This document shows, piece by piece, positions 52,435-64,000 of a stretch of 64,000 nt of DNA; position 1 is the stretch's first letter; each line of letters begins with the position of its first letter. The position numbers and the translations under genes were made by a program. Under the pieces are notes generated by a model. It was not told the origin of the DNA, did no database searches, and saw nothing but the letters and a program-made list of their open reading frames with translations. This stretch comes from Eledone cirrhosa (taxonomy: Eukaryota): NCBI GenBank assembly GCA_964016885.1, contig OZ024742.1, positions 277,450,001 through 277,514,000 of the forward strand. The letters run 5' to 3'.

Positions 52435-53533
52435 ATCATCATCATCATCATCATCATCGTTTAACGTCCACGTTCCACGCTTGCATGGGTTTGGACGGGA
52501 GTTTTCCCACTTGAGGCAAGAGTGGTTGTCTTGCTCGCATAGGACTGTCTGGCGGGTTTTCTACAGCTGGATGCCCTTCCTAACACCAACCATGTTTACA
52601 GTGTGGAACTGGGAGGTTTTTACCGTGTTGCCTACACGGCCACATTACAGTGTGGACTGTGTGTTTTTTTGTCGTGACACCTACACGATCTCATTTGTTT
52701 CGGCCTGGATGTTGTGGCACCAACATAACTTTACATTGAAAAGGGCGGTGTGGATGGGGTGGGGGTAGTGGGACGGGGGTGTATTTTGTTAGAGATGCCT
52801 ACTGACTGTAGTATGTTTTACTTTGTATTTAGGTAAGGCGGGTCTTCTCTATTACTGAGTACCGCCAAAGATCTCGGTCCAGTGACATTGTCTTGGAGAG
52901 GTGTAAGTGTGTGAGGTCGGAATTTATCAGGTCATCCCAGGTTTTTCTGGGTCTGCCTACTCCGTGGCTACCATCTATCTTTATTGCCCTGCACTTTTTT
53001 ATACAGCTGTTGTCTTTCATGCGCATCACGTGACCATACCAACGTAGCCTTCTCTCGAGTAAACAACATCTGATCCCTCTTATTTCTAATTTTTCCCTTA
53101 GTTCGTTTATGCTTTGCCGTTCACGTATATTACTATTACACATCCAGCGGAGCATGCAAGCTTCGTTCCTCTCTAGTCTGCGTATATCCTCTGCACACAA
53201 TGCCCAGGTCTCACTGCCATGCAACATTGCTGTTCGTATGCAGGCATCATACAACCTGCCTTTCATTTTTAGGAAGAACCCTTTAGCGGCTAATAGTGGT
53301 ATAAGCTCTCTGAACTTTTTCCATCCAGTTCTGACTCTAGCTACTGTACTTTCAGAGCACCCTCCCCCACTGCTGATTTTGTCACCCAGGTAACGGAAGC
53401 TGTCCACTATTTCTATAGAACCCTCTGCGCAATTGAAAGAGCTAGTATTTTGTGGGCACTTGCTGCTACTTATTGCACCAGAGCACCGGCCACATATAAA
53501 ATCTATATTCTTAGTTAGCTTACCTGTGATCCC
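52435..53533 (-). mobile_element. 5'-truncated RTE LINE, same subfamily as 15511-19050
   Basis: ORF 52829-53557 GITGKLTKNIDFICGRC..VDSFRYLG..LRWYGHV; (ATG)n tail; candidate TSD ATGCAT at 52429-52434 and 53534-53539. Confidence 0.9.
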
Positions 53534-53590
53534 ATGCATTTCAAAAACAAATATCATGCGATGACATTTGCGTTTTCGTCAGATAAAATA
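53534..53590 (-). ncRNA. Hammerhead ribozyme 5' part, ending at the cleavage triplet
   Basis: uauuuuau-CUGACGA-(about 15-bp stem II aaacgcaaaugucau/augauauuuguuuuu)-GAA-AUGCAU, then the RTE junction. Confidence 0.65.
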
Positions 53591-55611
53591 GGGATACATT
53601 ATATGAAGGTTAAAAAACACTTGTGAATAGTGGTTTTAAATCAACATATGAAAAGTAATTTAAGATTGAAGTGTGATATTGGGAAAAAAAAATGAGTGGG
53701 TGGGTGTGTGTGTGTGTGTGTGGAAAGGATGAAAAAGAGGAGTAGATGAGAGTAAAGAATGGTGTGGGAAGAGTATAATAAGGAAGGATGAGATAGGAGG
53801 AGAGATGGGTGATAGAAAGAGAGAGATAGCCTTTATAACTGAGAAAAAATATATATTGTTTCACAGAGAGAGGTTAAAAAGCCGTTGGAAGATAGTATAT
53901 AATTTAAAAGAATTTGAAAATTGATGAAGAGAAAAAATTAAGAATAATATTAAATTAAGAATAATATTAAATTAAGGTTTGTATATTGAAGGGTTTAATA
54001 ATATGTGCGATGAAAAGAAATTGTTAATATGTATATGTATATTATATAATAATAAACAAGAAAGACGGTATCATTTGCCCATCACTATTTTATTTTTGCG
54101 TATTTCATTTGTATAACATCTGCCCTACGTGTTCTTATATCAACGGATATCAACGAATATCTCATATCAACGGATATTTACATCTTGCATGGATTTTTGT
54201 CGGAAGAAAACACGTAGGGCAGATATTATACAAATGACATATGTCTTCGAAATAAGTATAATAAATAGGAATGAACAAGTGATACCGTCTTTCTTCTTTA
54301 TTATTATCTATACACATATATATATATATATGTTGAAAAGGTAACACACTAGAGAGAGATATACAGTGCGCTATCAATAAAACAGGGAAAAAACCACCAG
54401 TGTATGGAATCTATAACCTATGAAAGGCAGACTATAGACACGATAATTAAAAATATAAATGAAAGCGTAAATAAATACCTCTATAACTATATAACACACG
54501 TACAAATCCAAAGAGATCTGTTTCGCCAGTAAGTTGTTGACAGAAATGGAATAAGCCCGGTTCCTCAGCGTGTATTCCTTTTAAAAGAAAAATGGCGCGA
54601 AACTTTTCCTTTTGAAAGAATAATGTGATTTGTCACGTGATTGTGTTCACGTGATATTACCTCTAAATATGTGAATGTTCGGAAAAATGATAAACTGGAA
54701 TAATTCTAAAATCGGGAAAATTTTTTATATCACTCAAATGTTGTTATTGCATTGAGCATCCTTTTCACACTTCCAGTATCGATGGAAAATTTTATAAGCT
54801 GAAACTTATAACATTTTACATTCACTCTACAATGTTGCAAGAGAGTTTTGTTGACTTGCATTTTAAACGATAATAAAGCGATTATTAATCATTGAAAGAC
54901 TCAAAATAATAATACTATGGAATATTTTTACTTAGTCCAGATAAGAGTATAGTTCGGTTAATATTTTCCATTCCCGAGGGTATACTCTTAAGCGGACTCG
55001 ACTGTACCTGCGGGGCTAGACCGAGGGGGCGGGGAAAAGTCGGGTCCCATCACAATATTCCCGTTCCATGATAGTAAGGCCCCTTCACCTGAGGGGCAAA
55101 GGTTGTTGTTTAGCCCTAGGTCAACCTTGACTAAACCACAGAATTCCATTATGATCAACGGTATTCCAGCCACGACCATCCCGTCGTTTTAGGTGTATCT
55201 AATACGAACATTATCGGACATCGTGTTCTTTCTTAATAATTTTTTTAAGGTGGGTGGAAAGAATTGGCTGTTATTTCTAGCAAACTGAGTGCCCACAGTA
55301 TGTATATATGGGGGAGGGGTATGTTAAAGTAAGGGAGTACATTTAACCATTTACATTATAAATTCAAATGTGTGGATAGTTCTTGGTGATCGAACGAAAG
55401 GAACCGATACGAGATCCATTAATTCTGTATAAGCCTATCAGAGGTTCATCGATATACCAACCATTGGTAAATATTCCAAGCACACACATACACACATATA
55501 TACATGCGTACACAGCATTCTCCTCACGAAGGGCGAGAGTGGCGATCGCAAAGATATATACACAAACACATACACACCACATTAAATATATACGCAGAAA
55601 GACACACATAC

Positions 55612-55780
55612 GATAACTGTTTCTACTTTAGGCAAAAGGCCAGCAAATACCCAGTGCATTACTGGTACTTTATTTTATCGACCCCGTAAGGATGAAAGGC
55701 AAAGTTAACCTCGGCTCGATTTGAACTCAGATCGTAAAGGGACGTAACTATGCTGGAAAGCATGGCGTCCGACCCTACAA
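55612..55780 (-). mobile_element. tRNA-derived SINE
   Basis: Reverse complement of the 13058 copy. Confidence 0.8.
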
Positions 55781-57329
55781 TAACGACTAGTACTACGATT
55801 CTGGAGGCGCGAATGATGGAGAAGATTAAGCTCTCTGCCGCAGAATAAATGGTATTTAATTTTAATAATAATACTAATAATATATATATATATATATTTC
55901 TTAATTGAATTGATTATCATTATCGTTTTTATGGCAAAAGATAGACAGAGAGGGAAAGAGATAGACAGAGGGAAGATTTTGACATATATATATATATGAT
56001 AGAAAGAAGAGAAAAAAACGAGACCCTTAGAAACGAATAAGAGTCATCAAAGCGATCATATGTATTGCTTTAAACTGTAATGCGAAGGGATACACTAGTA
56101 TTTGAGGTACCATCATTTGGGATTTTAACCCTCGGACTTTTCCCTCCCGGTTTTGAAATTTAGGGAAAATTTAGGGGTGACTGGGAATATTACATAATGT
56201 AGGGATTTTCTTTTCCTTTTCTATCATTTCTTATTTATATATTTATATATTTATTTATCTACTCTCGTGATTGATATTCCGACAAATGCTAGGGGTGTAT
56301 TTTGGTTTTTTATTATGTCAGGTATAGCATCCAAAAATTTCTCCCTTCCTCCAATATATATATATATATATATATATACAAACAGTGTCCTAAAAAATGT
56401 ATACACACTTCAACAGCAAAGTAATCAAAGTGTGTATATATTTTGGAGGGGACACCGTGTGTATATATATATATATATGTGTAATGTAATATATATATAT
56501 GTGTAATATATGTGTAATATATATATATGTGTATGTGTAACTAGTAAAACTGTAAAAATGCAGCGGTATATTCTAATTTGGCCCTTTTAAGGGCCACCTA
56601 TATTTTCATTTAAGTAACTCCACTTACATCTATATGCTTTAATAAAAAAATAAATAAAAAACGCGTGAAAAAAAAAAAAATTCATTTAAGTAACTCCACT
56701 TACGCGTGGTAGTAATACGGAAATAAACGATGTTTTGCTTTCATCGGCTGCTTCGACTGACAGCTAATAGCGTTGTAGTGCCGACAAATCCAGTTGATTC
56801 GCCTTTGGAGAATGCTTTCTGTACTTAGTAATAGATTGATAGGAATACATAGAGACAGAAAAAATAATACATAGGTAGGTACAAATCAATGTGTGTGTGT
56901 GTGTTGTAGAAGCTAGTGTTTTATTTCGCTGTCATTTTTAGCAGAACCAGTTACCACAGCGTTGATAGATATATTTCTTTATTAGCCACAAGGGCGCACG
57001 AGAAAAGGGGACAATACAAAGACATGCCGGGGATTTTACATACAGTCGTGTAAAAAATATAAAAGATAGATAGATAGGAATACATAGAGACAGAAAGAGT
57101 AATACATAAATAGATACAACTCAATCTGTGTGTGTGTTGTAGAAGCTGAGGTTTTATTTCGCTGTCATTTCTAGTAAGACAGGTTACCACAACCAAACTC
57201 TTTGCCGCGTGTACGACAGACAGAGCCCTCTAACAGAGGCACCCAGCGTTACCCGGGAATGAAAGTGTTCCTTATATATTAGAAAAAAGCAAAACATGAT
57301 GTTTATACATTTGTTATTCTAAATTCCAT

Positions 57330-59520
57330 TTATTCTTCAATTGAAGTACATGATGAAATCAATTCTGAATTCATAATCCCCCCCCCCCCCCCCCCCAAAA
57401 AAAAATTGGAGCAACCAACGTAAAGTTGACCTTGAGAAGAGCAAGGCTCAATGTCCGTTGGTTTGATTGGAATTCTTGTAATGAAAACATCTTCCCTAGA
57501 GGCACACCCATTAGGTGATAATGTCTTCACAATCAACCTTGTCCCATTGCATAATTCAGGAGGATCTAAATTTCTTAGAAGCATTATTGGGACTCCAACC
57601 TTCAGGAAAAGTTTATATGGGGGAGTTCCAGGTAGTTCAAGAGAATTAATGAACTCGGTTGGGTAGTGGACAGATTGATTTTCATCAAGGACTGAATCAC
57701 CTTATTTGTACTCCTTAATTACTGTTGGAATCTTATTCATTAGCATCCTTGCTGCTGTCTCACTTTTTCGTTTAAGAATTGCCCTCTCACACAACCATTT
57801 GTGTGAGTTATAATGATTACTTAAGTCTCAAAATACCCTGTTCTTCAATTCAGCTGGCAAATCCACCATGATAGCAATATGAGCCAAGTTGATATAACCA
57901 TTATCATCAATTAGTACTGTCCATTTCCTAATTGAAGGACTTGGGTTGAAAACTGTTCTGTACATTGGTTCCTGTGTAATAAAGCTCATACGTTAATATT
58001 GAAGGAGAATTTGTGTACTTTATTCCATACCTGCGAAGACTTAATGCATGTTTTTATTTCATCTGCCCCTGTTCCTCTTGGAATGACTGGTAATGTTTGT
58101 CTGAAGTCTCCTGATAAAACTATTGTAACTCCTCCCATAGATGTATTGTTGCCTCTTGTGTCCTGTAAGGTCTTATCAAAAGCTTCCATTGCTCATCTAT
58201 GTGACACGGTGCATTTATCTCAAATGATCAGGTGGTATTGGCGCAACACTTCTGCTGAACCCGAGCCTTTGCCTATGTTACAAATTGGACTGTCATTTGT
58301 GACCAGATTTAGCGGTAATTTAAAAGCAGAATGAGCTGTTTGTCTTGGGAGATGGGTGGCACCAATGCCAGACAATGCTCCAGCAAATGCAATTCTTTTT
58401 TGGTGCCTTACCTTGGAGGGAAGCGATGTTACAAATGCTTTACCTGTGCCACCTGGAGCATGAAGAAAGAAACTTTCTCTGACTGGCGAAATGATTGCAT
58501 AATATGTGTTCTGGAAAACGTTTAGGCTCATGTTCATTCCCAAATGCAACCAAGTTTGTGATGTCATAATTTGTCTCTTTTGCAAACTCTCTTGAAGTTA
58601 AACCACTAATTTAATTGTTTGTTTTTGGCAGTCTGGAATCAGACTCTTGAAAATTCTTGCCTTCCATTGCCAAAATTGATCCTCAATTTCAATCAGTGCC
58701 TGGTTGAAAATTTCTTCACAGAACTGAATATTGATATCTGGGTTTGCCTGTTGAACTGCATACTTTAAGTCCCCAACCATGTCCTTTCAATGTTTTATCC
58801 AAAGCTCTAGGGGACTGCCAATTTGGTACATGTTCAGCATAATGGCAAAAAGGTTAGTTTCATTGGAGAATCTGACACTGATGCTTTAGTCAATGGCAAG
58901 GTCCCAATGATCACCATTTTCTAACAAACATTTTTGATAAGATGCTTCCCTATAAGTTTCACACACATGACCACACTCTCCTCAAATCTTGGAATGATTT
59001 GGGACCACATACTTCATGCAAAAGGATCAGTTGAATGATGGCTGGGTGCCTCTCTTGAATGTGAAAATTGAAGATGCGCCAAATTGCTACTGATGTATCA
59101 TCCTCTCCCGTACTGTTTTCTTCTCCTGTAAAGGAGGTAGCAACCTTCTCCAGTTTGGGTTTCATTTACAGGGGGACGTGGGTAGTACTTGGTACACTTT
59201 TTATCCCTCATGCATGGGGATAAAAATTGGGATGGATTAATTGAACCACGGCCCATGAATCATCTGTGACTTGACAATTTCATACAGCAAAAGATCAAAC
59301 TGGCTTCTCCCTTCCTTCTTGCCTTGTTAGCAACGTCTGAAGAGCTTGTGGACAGTCGCAACATTTTTCTCCTTGGCATCATTTTTGAAAGCTTAAATGA
59401 GAAATGTGTGAAAGTTACTTGAATATCTTCATCAGGGACATCTAAATCAATGGCGAAGCATACCTCACTTAAGATGTCATTGTAGACGGAAGGCTAGAAT
59501 CATTGGATCTCAGTGTGTTG
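57330..59520 (-). mobile_element. Decayed Helitron RepHel (Pif1-like helicase) remnant
   Basis: FFLHAPGGTGK (Walker A), TAHSAFKLPL, GGVTIVLSGDFRQTLPVIPRG, MLLRNLDPPELCNGTRL, GQLYVGCS, AIWRIFNFHIQERHP; many stops and deletions. Confidence 0.88.
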
Positions 59521-59838
59521 TGTTTATTAGTTGTGCTTATCAGAAATTCACGGAGAGCTGCCGTAAGACATTGCCTGGTGTTGCCTACTGCAGAGTCCGG
59601 GACAACCACAGCACCCTAAAGACGAAAACTGGATATGGATGGATGGATTAGTATCACCTCATTTTGATAACACCGAATAGCTCTGTGCCTTTTTGTGTGT
59701 TAGTAGTGTAGTTATATATATATATATATGTAAAAGTTCTATTTAAATTGTTGGGATACAACAAGCAAATATTTTTATAAGTGATATAAAGCACTCAACA
59801 AATATTTGGAGTAAAAATACGATATTAACAAATGGAAA

Positions 59839-59918
59839 CTATATTTATTTCATTATACATATTTCAAGGACACCAAGTTAAATTATGGTGTGCTTTCATC
59901 AGATAAAATATAATATAG
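59839..59918 (-). ncRNA. Type I hammerhead ribozyme
   Basis: Stem I CUAUAUU-a-UAUUUUAU / AUGAAAUA-AAUAUAG (15 bp), CUGAUGA, stem II AAGCACACCA/UGGUGUCCUU (9 of 10 paired), GAA-AU-augu-AU-A, triplet AUA. Confidence 0.75.
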
Positions 59919-60480
59919 AGCAATTTTATAAATAAATATTGACATACCCTTAAAGAATTTGTTAATATCGTATATATATATATATATATATGTGTATATA
60001 TTTATACGTATAATACTGAAACGAAGTTATCGAATAGGAGCGATATACCTTCGCTCGTTTCCCCACTGACTCAATGCTTTAATTAAATCTGTATAATTAA
60101 GATACCAACCAAAGGTAAGTAGAGTGTACACTAATACATTAAATAGTGAGAAAAATGATTTCGCGTGGGTAGAAAATGTTTCTGGTCCGGACTAATGTAT
60201 TAGTTTCTACTACATCTGCTGGCGACAGTCCATATGGAACTGGCGTGCACAGAAATTAAGCAATGCTATTGAGCATTACGTAATTGGTTAAGAGCAGCTT
60301 CATGAACGCGGAATTTGTCTCTCTGGAACAGGTCAGCTACGAACCCACTGCTTTGGTGCAAATTTGCCATTATAGTAGTAAACTCTACGTTCAATGTCAC
60401 GTAACAAGGAAGAGGTAAGCTACTTCTACCTGTTACCCAAATAACATGGCACGTTTTTTTTTTCAAATTGAAAAAAAAAA

Positions 60481-60513
<33 letters not shown>

Positions 60514-62878
60514 CCCAAGAAGACCTGGGATCAGGTAATAAAGGCCGACCTTACCCAATTGCACCTCTCAAGAGCAATGACACACGACCGTGACCTCTGG
60601 CGTCACGCAATAATACAGAAGACCCCCCCCCCCACACACACACAGGAACAAGCCGAAGGCTGAAGCATATAGACAATATGCCCCCGCGCCCAGCCCACAC
60701 TGTAAAGTGGACGTGTAGGCGCCAGGGAAAAAAGCACCATCACTCATTGTAAATGAGGTTGGTGTTAGGAAGGGCATCCAACTGTAGAAATCAAGCCAAA
60801 ATCAGTTCCCGTATGAGCAAGACAAGGTCAGCCGACTGGACACTGCTCACAACAGGACAACCCGTCTTACCCATGCTAGCATGGAAGAACGGACGTAAAA
60901 CGATGATGATGATGATATATATATTTATATAAACAACCTTTCGGTATCGCACCACCCGGAAACTTAAAATAATTTGAAGTGAAAACCACAGGTGCCTGTG
61001 TTTTTATTGGTAACATGACCCTCCCAAAGTATAACAATCTCTCTCTCTGTATATATATATATACACACATGGTGGCTGCCAACTCGTTTTCGAGTACGGC
61101 CACTACTTTATATCCATGTAGGAGAACTCCTACCTATGCGCTGAACGAGTGTGACTTTTTAGTCCAGCCAGCGACTTGAAAACTCTGGTACAAACACTAC
61201 ACTTGTGACAATTATTGACACATAGTGCTGGGCCCATGGTACCATGTGACAACAAGTGCAGAGAGATCTCCAGATATAAAGCAATGCCTGTGCCGTGAAG
61301 CTTTTATAGTGAGCAAAGGCACTGCACAAAGCCAGTCCCACTCTCTTAACCAAGATGATATTTACCAAAAAGAAGAACAAGTCAACATCATTGGATACCA
61401 TCAGGGTTGCAGGTGTTATATCAGTTTTCCTTCTAGAATTCTGCCTTGACACAGGCTAAGGGGTCATCTCTCCCGGTGATTTTGGATTGACATTGACTCT
61501 TAAGAGCTCCTTTGCCCTTTGACAGGTTTTGTTTTTAGTCCTGCAGGATGTCCAAAGCCACCCTCCTCACCAAGAAACCTTGGTGGGGTTGCCAGTTTAG
61601 TCGTCAACGACCCGACCATATATACACATACACAAACTCACACAGTTGTTTCATCTTGAACTTGCTGAGAGTTATTTCCCTTTGCTTTCTTATGGCCACA
61701 ATTAATTTGATAAAGTTGGTGTCTTTTGCAGAGGAATTTGTTTTCATCGACTTTATTGATAATAGTCTATATTTGTTGGACAGATATTACATCTTCTACA
61801 TATCAGATGTTGGATTTCGGAAAACATCACCAGCGTGAAAGGCGATTTTCTCCGGTGAAGAACCACATCTAAATATAGACTCATGTAAATGTCTATGACA
61901 ACGACATTGATGTTGTCTACTGTTGATTTTGTCGCTATTAATCATTTTAAGAGTGGGAAGATGTAGTGGCTTATCAATTTTGACCGGAGTGAAGACATCT
62001 GACATAATTCACATTAATAGATTAATATGTAAGTATATTAAAGGTTTTCATTTGTTATTACACTGTGCTACGGCTAACTTATTTTGCTTAGGGAATTTTT
62101 TTGGTATATGACCGTCTTTTCGAAGCACACCTCTTTTTAAAAAATACGTACTTTCTTTTTGGATTATTAAACAGAAAATGTAGATAGTTATTTAATGAGG
62201 TGAACTAATATCTGTAATATCGTAATAATTACGTTCTGTTCAGAAACTTTCTTTTTTAATTAAATAAATTGGCAAAATCCTATTTTGAAGTGAAACTAAA
62301 ATCCGATGAGAATATGTATCCAATGGACTGGGCTAACTGTATGTATGTGTGTTTTTCTGTTTTTATCATTTTATAAATATATATATATGGAGAGAGTTGG
62401 TTTCTAGCATAGACACAAGACTCATTGGGATTTAGACAACATCAACTAGGTAGATGTGGCTGCATGCGTGCGTGTGTGTGCAGATATAGATGTTATTGTA
62501 TGTGTGGGTGTGTATGTTTTGAGTTATGTGTGCATGTATGTATCTATGGATGCATGCGTGCATGTATGCACGTACGTATTCGATGAGTAGTTAAATACAA
62601 ATATAAAATTTACCATACATGCATGCATGTATTGTATGTATGGCACATTTTATATTTGTGGTTAGCAACTCATCGAATCGGCAGATTATATCGTACGATG
62701 GAATCGGCTGATTTTATTTTCACTTCAATATAGAAAGTAATCCTCGGTCTAGAATATCATGAAAATGAAAGAAATTGAACCATTTCTATAAACAAAATGA
62801 AACCTTTAAGATTGAATAATTTATCTGTAAAATGTTTAAAATCTGGAAGAAAATGATTATAGTGAAAGTAAAATGAAA

Positions 62879-63871
62879 TTATGTTGGATAATAACGTCTG
62901 GTGCATTTTATAAATGACATAAACAAGTTATTTGGATGGCAACGACGCCAGCAAAATTCTTGCAAGTAATTGGAAAATAGATCGTTTGCATAGTTCGAAT
63001 GTTTGGCGCGATATTTCTCTTTTACTCTATTCCACGTTCCTTCTTTAGAGTTCGTGTGTATTGTTTTATCGTTAGGATCAAAGAAGTGCAGACTGTGGTT
63101 GGGTAGTTTCTGAAAGTCACACCAATAATCAGTAATAACGCGGGTACCGGGCAACACATACTTAACGATAGTGGGTAATAAAATAGAAGCATCTCGTTCT
63201 GAGACAGGCACAAGAACACATCTAAGGCTATGTCGTTCCACCATCCCTAGGACCCAGTGGCCCTCTCGATATTGTCCACGAGGGTGTTTGCGGTGCATGA
63301 ATTTGCATTCGTCGATCTCCACGACTACTCCCTCTCCTCCAATTTGTATAGGATTATCGATACACCACATAGCACAAATATCTCTGAAATAGTTATACCA
63401 GTTAACTATTGTTTCAATCCCTACACCGACCTGCTCCATAACCACACATTGTTTACAGTCAATTGCTGACCACCAATACATAAGCTCTATAATGCGAGGC
63501 AGTGGTAAACGAGAACCCGAGAAAAAAGAATCTTGTCTAATGCTTCGATAACTCCTGCATTTAGAACATCGCCACATTTTCCCATCTGCACGGGTCTCCC
63601 TATCCACCAAACTCATAGGCGTATCACAGCACTGTGCGTTATTGTGAATTAAGCCCGAACAAGCAAGGAACTCAATGGTAGATTGAACGTCCCTCGTTAT
63701 GAGATAAATATCGCGTAACACGTAATTTCTTAGAGTCAACTCATCATTGTTCATTGTCTCCTCCACGATTTTCTCACATATTTTTTGTTTAACAATTTTA
63801 GCACGTTTAGCAGGCTCAGGCATTTCGGATGTTTCTTCCATGTTTAATCTATGGCCCTCTTCCGTTTTCAT
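62879..63871 (-). CDS. Merlin/ISXO2 (IS1595-family) DDE transposase-like protein, intact 330-aa ORF
   Basis: WRCSKC..SIRQDSFF (Zn-ribbon), IGGEGVVVEIDE, WVLGMVER, LLPTIVKYVLPGTRVITD.W, NHS..F.DP..HTNSKEGTW, YLQEFCWR. Confidence 0.88.
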   Translation of the reverse strand: MKTEEGHRLNMEETSEMPEPAKRAKIVKQKICEKIVEETMNNDELTLRNYVLRDIYLITRDVQSTIEFLACSGLIHNNAQCCDTPMSLVDRETRADGKMWRCSKCRSYRSIRQDSFFSGSRLPLPRIIELMYWWSAIDCKQCVVMEQVGVGIETIVNWYNYFRDICAMWCIDNPIQIGGEGVVVEIDECKFMHRKHPRGQYREGHWVLGMVERHSLRCVLVPVSERDASILLPTIVKYVLPGTRVITDYWCDFQKLPNHSLHFFDPNDKTIHTNSKEGTWNRVKEKYRAKHSNYANDLFSNYLQEFCWRRCHPNNLFMSFIKCTRRYYPT

Positions 63872-64000
63872 CCGCTCTTTCGTTTTAAGTAGACCTTCAA
63901 CTGAATTGTTTAGCAGTCTCCTTATTGTATGTTATCTTGAAAGATCAGCACTGACCACGCAAAACGAGTTCGTAATTCATTTGTTTGATTTCGCCTTTTG

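Noticed and set aside
54585-54660. AAAATGGCG plus two TCACGTGA E-boxes as a promoter
   Set aside because: No associated exon or ORF identifiable; motifs alone are insufficient.

Overview
Eukaryotic, AT-rich, microsatellite- and transposon-dense DNA. The tandem C2H2 gene style, tRNA-derived SINEs and RTE LINEs with (ATG)n tails suggest a cephalopod, probably Octopus (inference). Only two long ORFs look intact: a C2H2 zinc-finger gene (21869-23065, -) and a Merlin/ISXO2-type transposase (62879-63871, -). The rest is a decayed Ty3/Gypsy element with both LTRs and a TSD, several RTE LINEs, CRE-, CR1/L2-, mariner- and Helitron remnants, SINEs, MITEs and low-complexity satellites. The main signal not visible in the ORF track is RNA-level. 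A 468-bp unit, repeated about 8 times (1.5 inverted plus 6.5 direct copies, 32371-36134), carries a complete type I hammerhead ribozyme fold in each full unit, i.e. a retrozyme-like array. At least three further hammerheads of other sequence families (51576, 53534, 59839) sit in (TA)n-flanked, partly inverted Penelope-like inserts, two of them with junctions at the predicted cleavage site. All folds were derived by eye; activity is untested.
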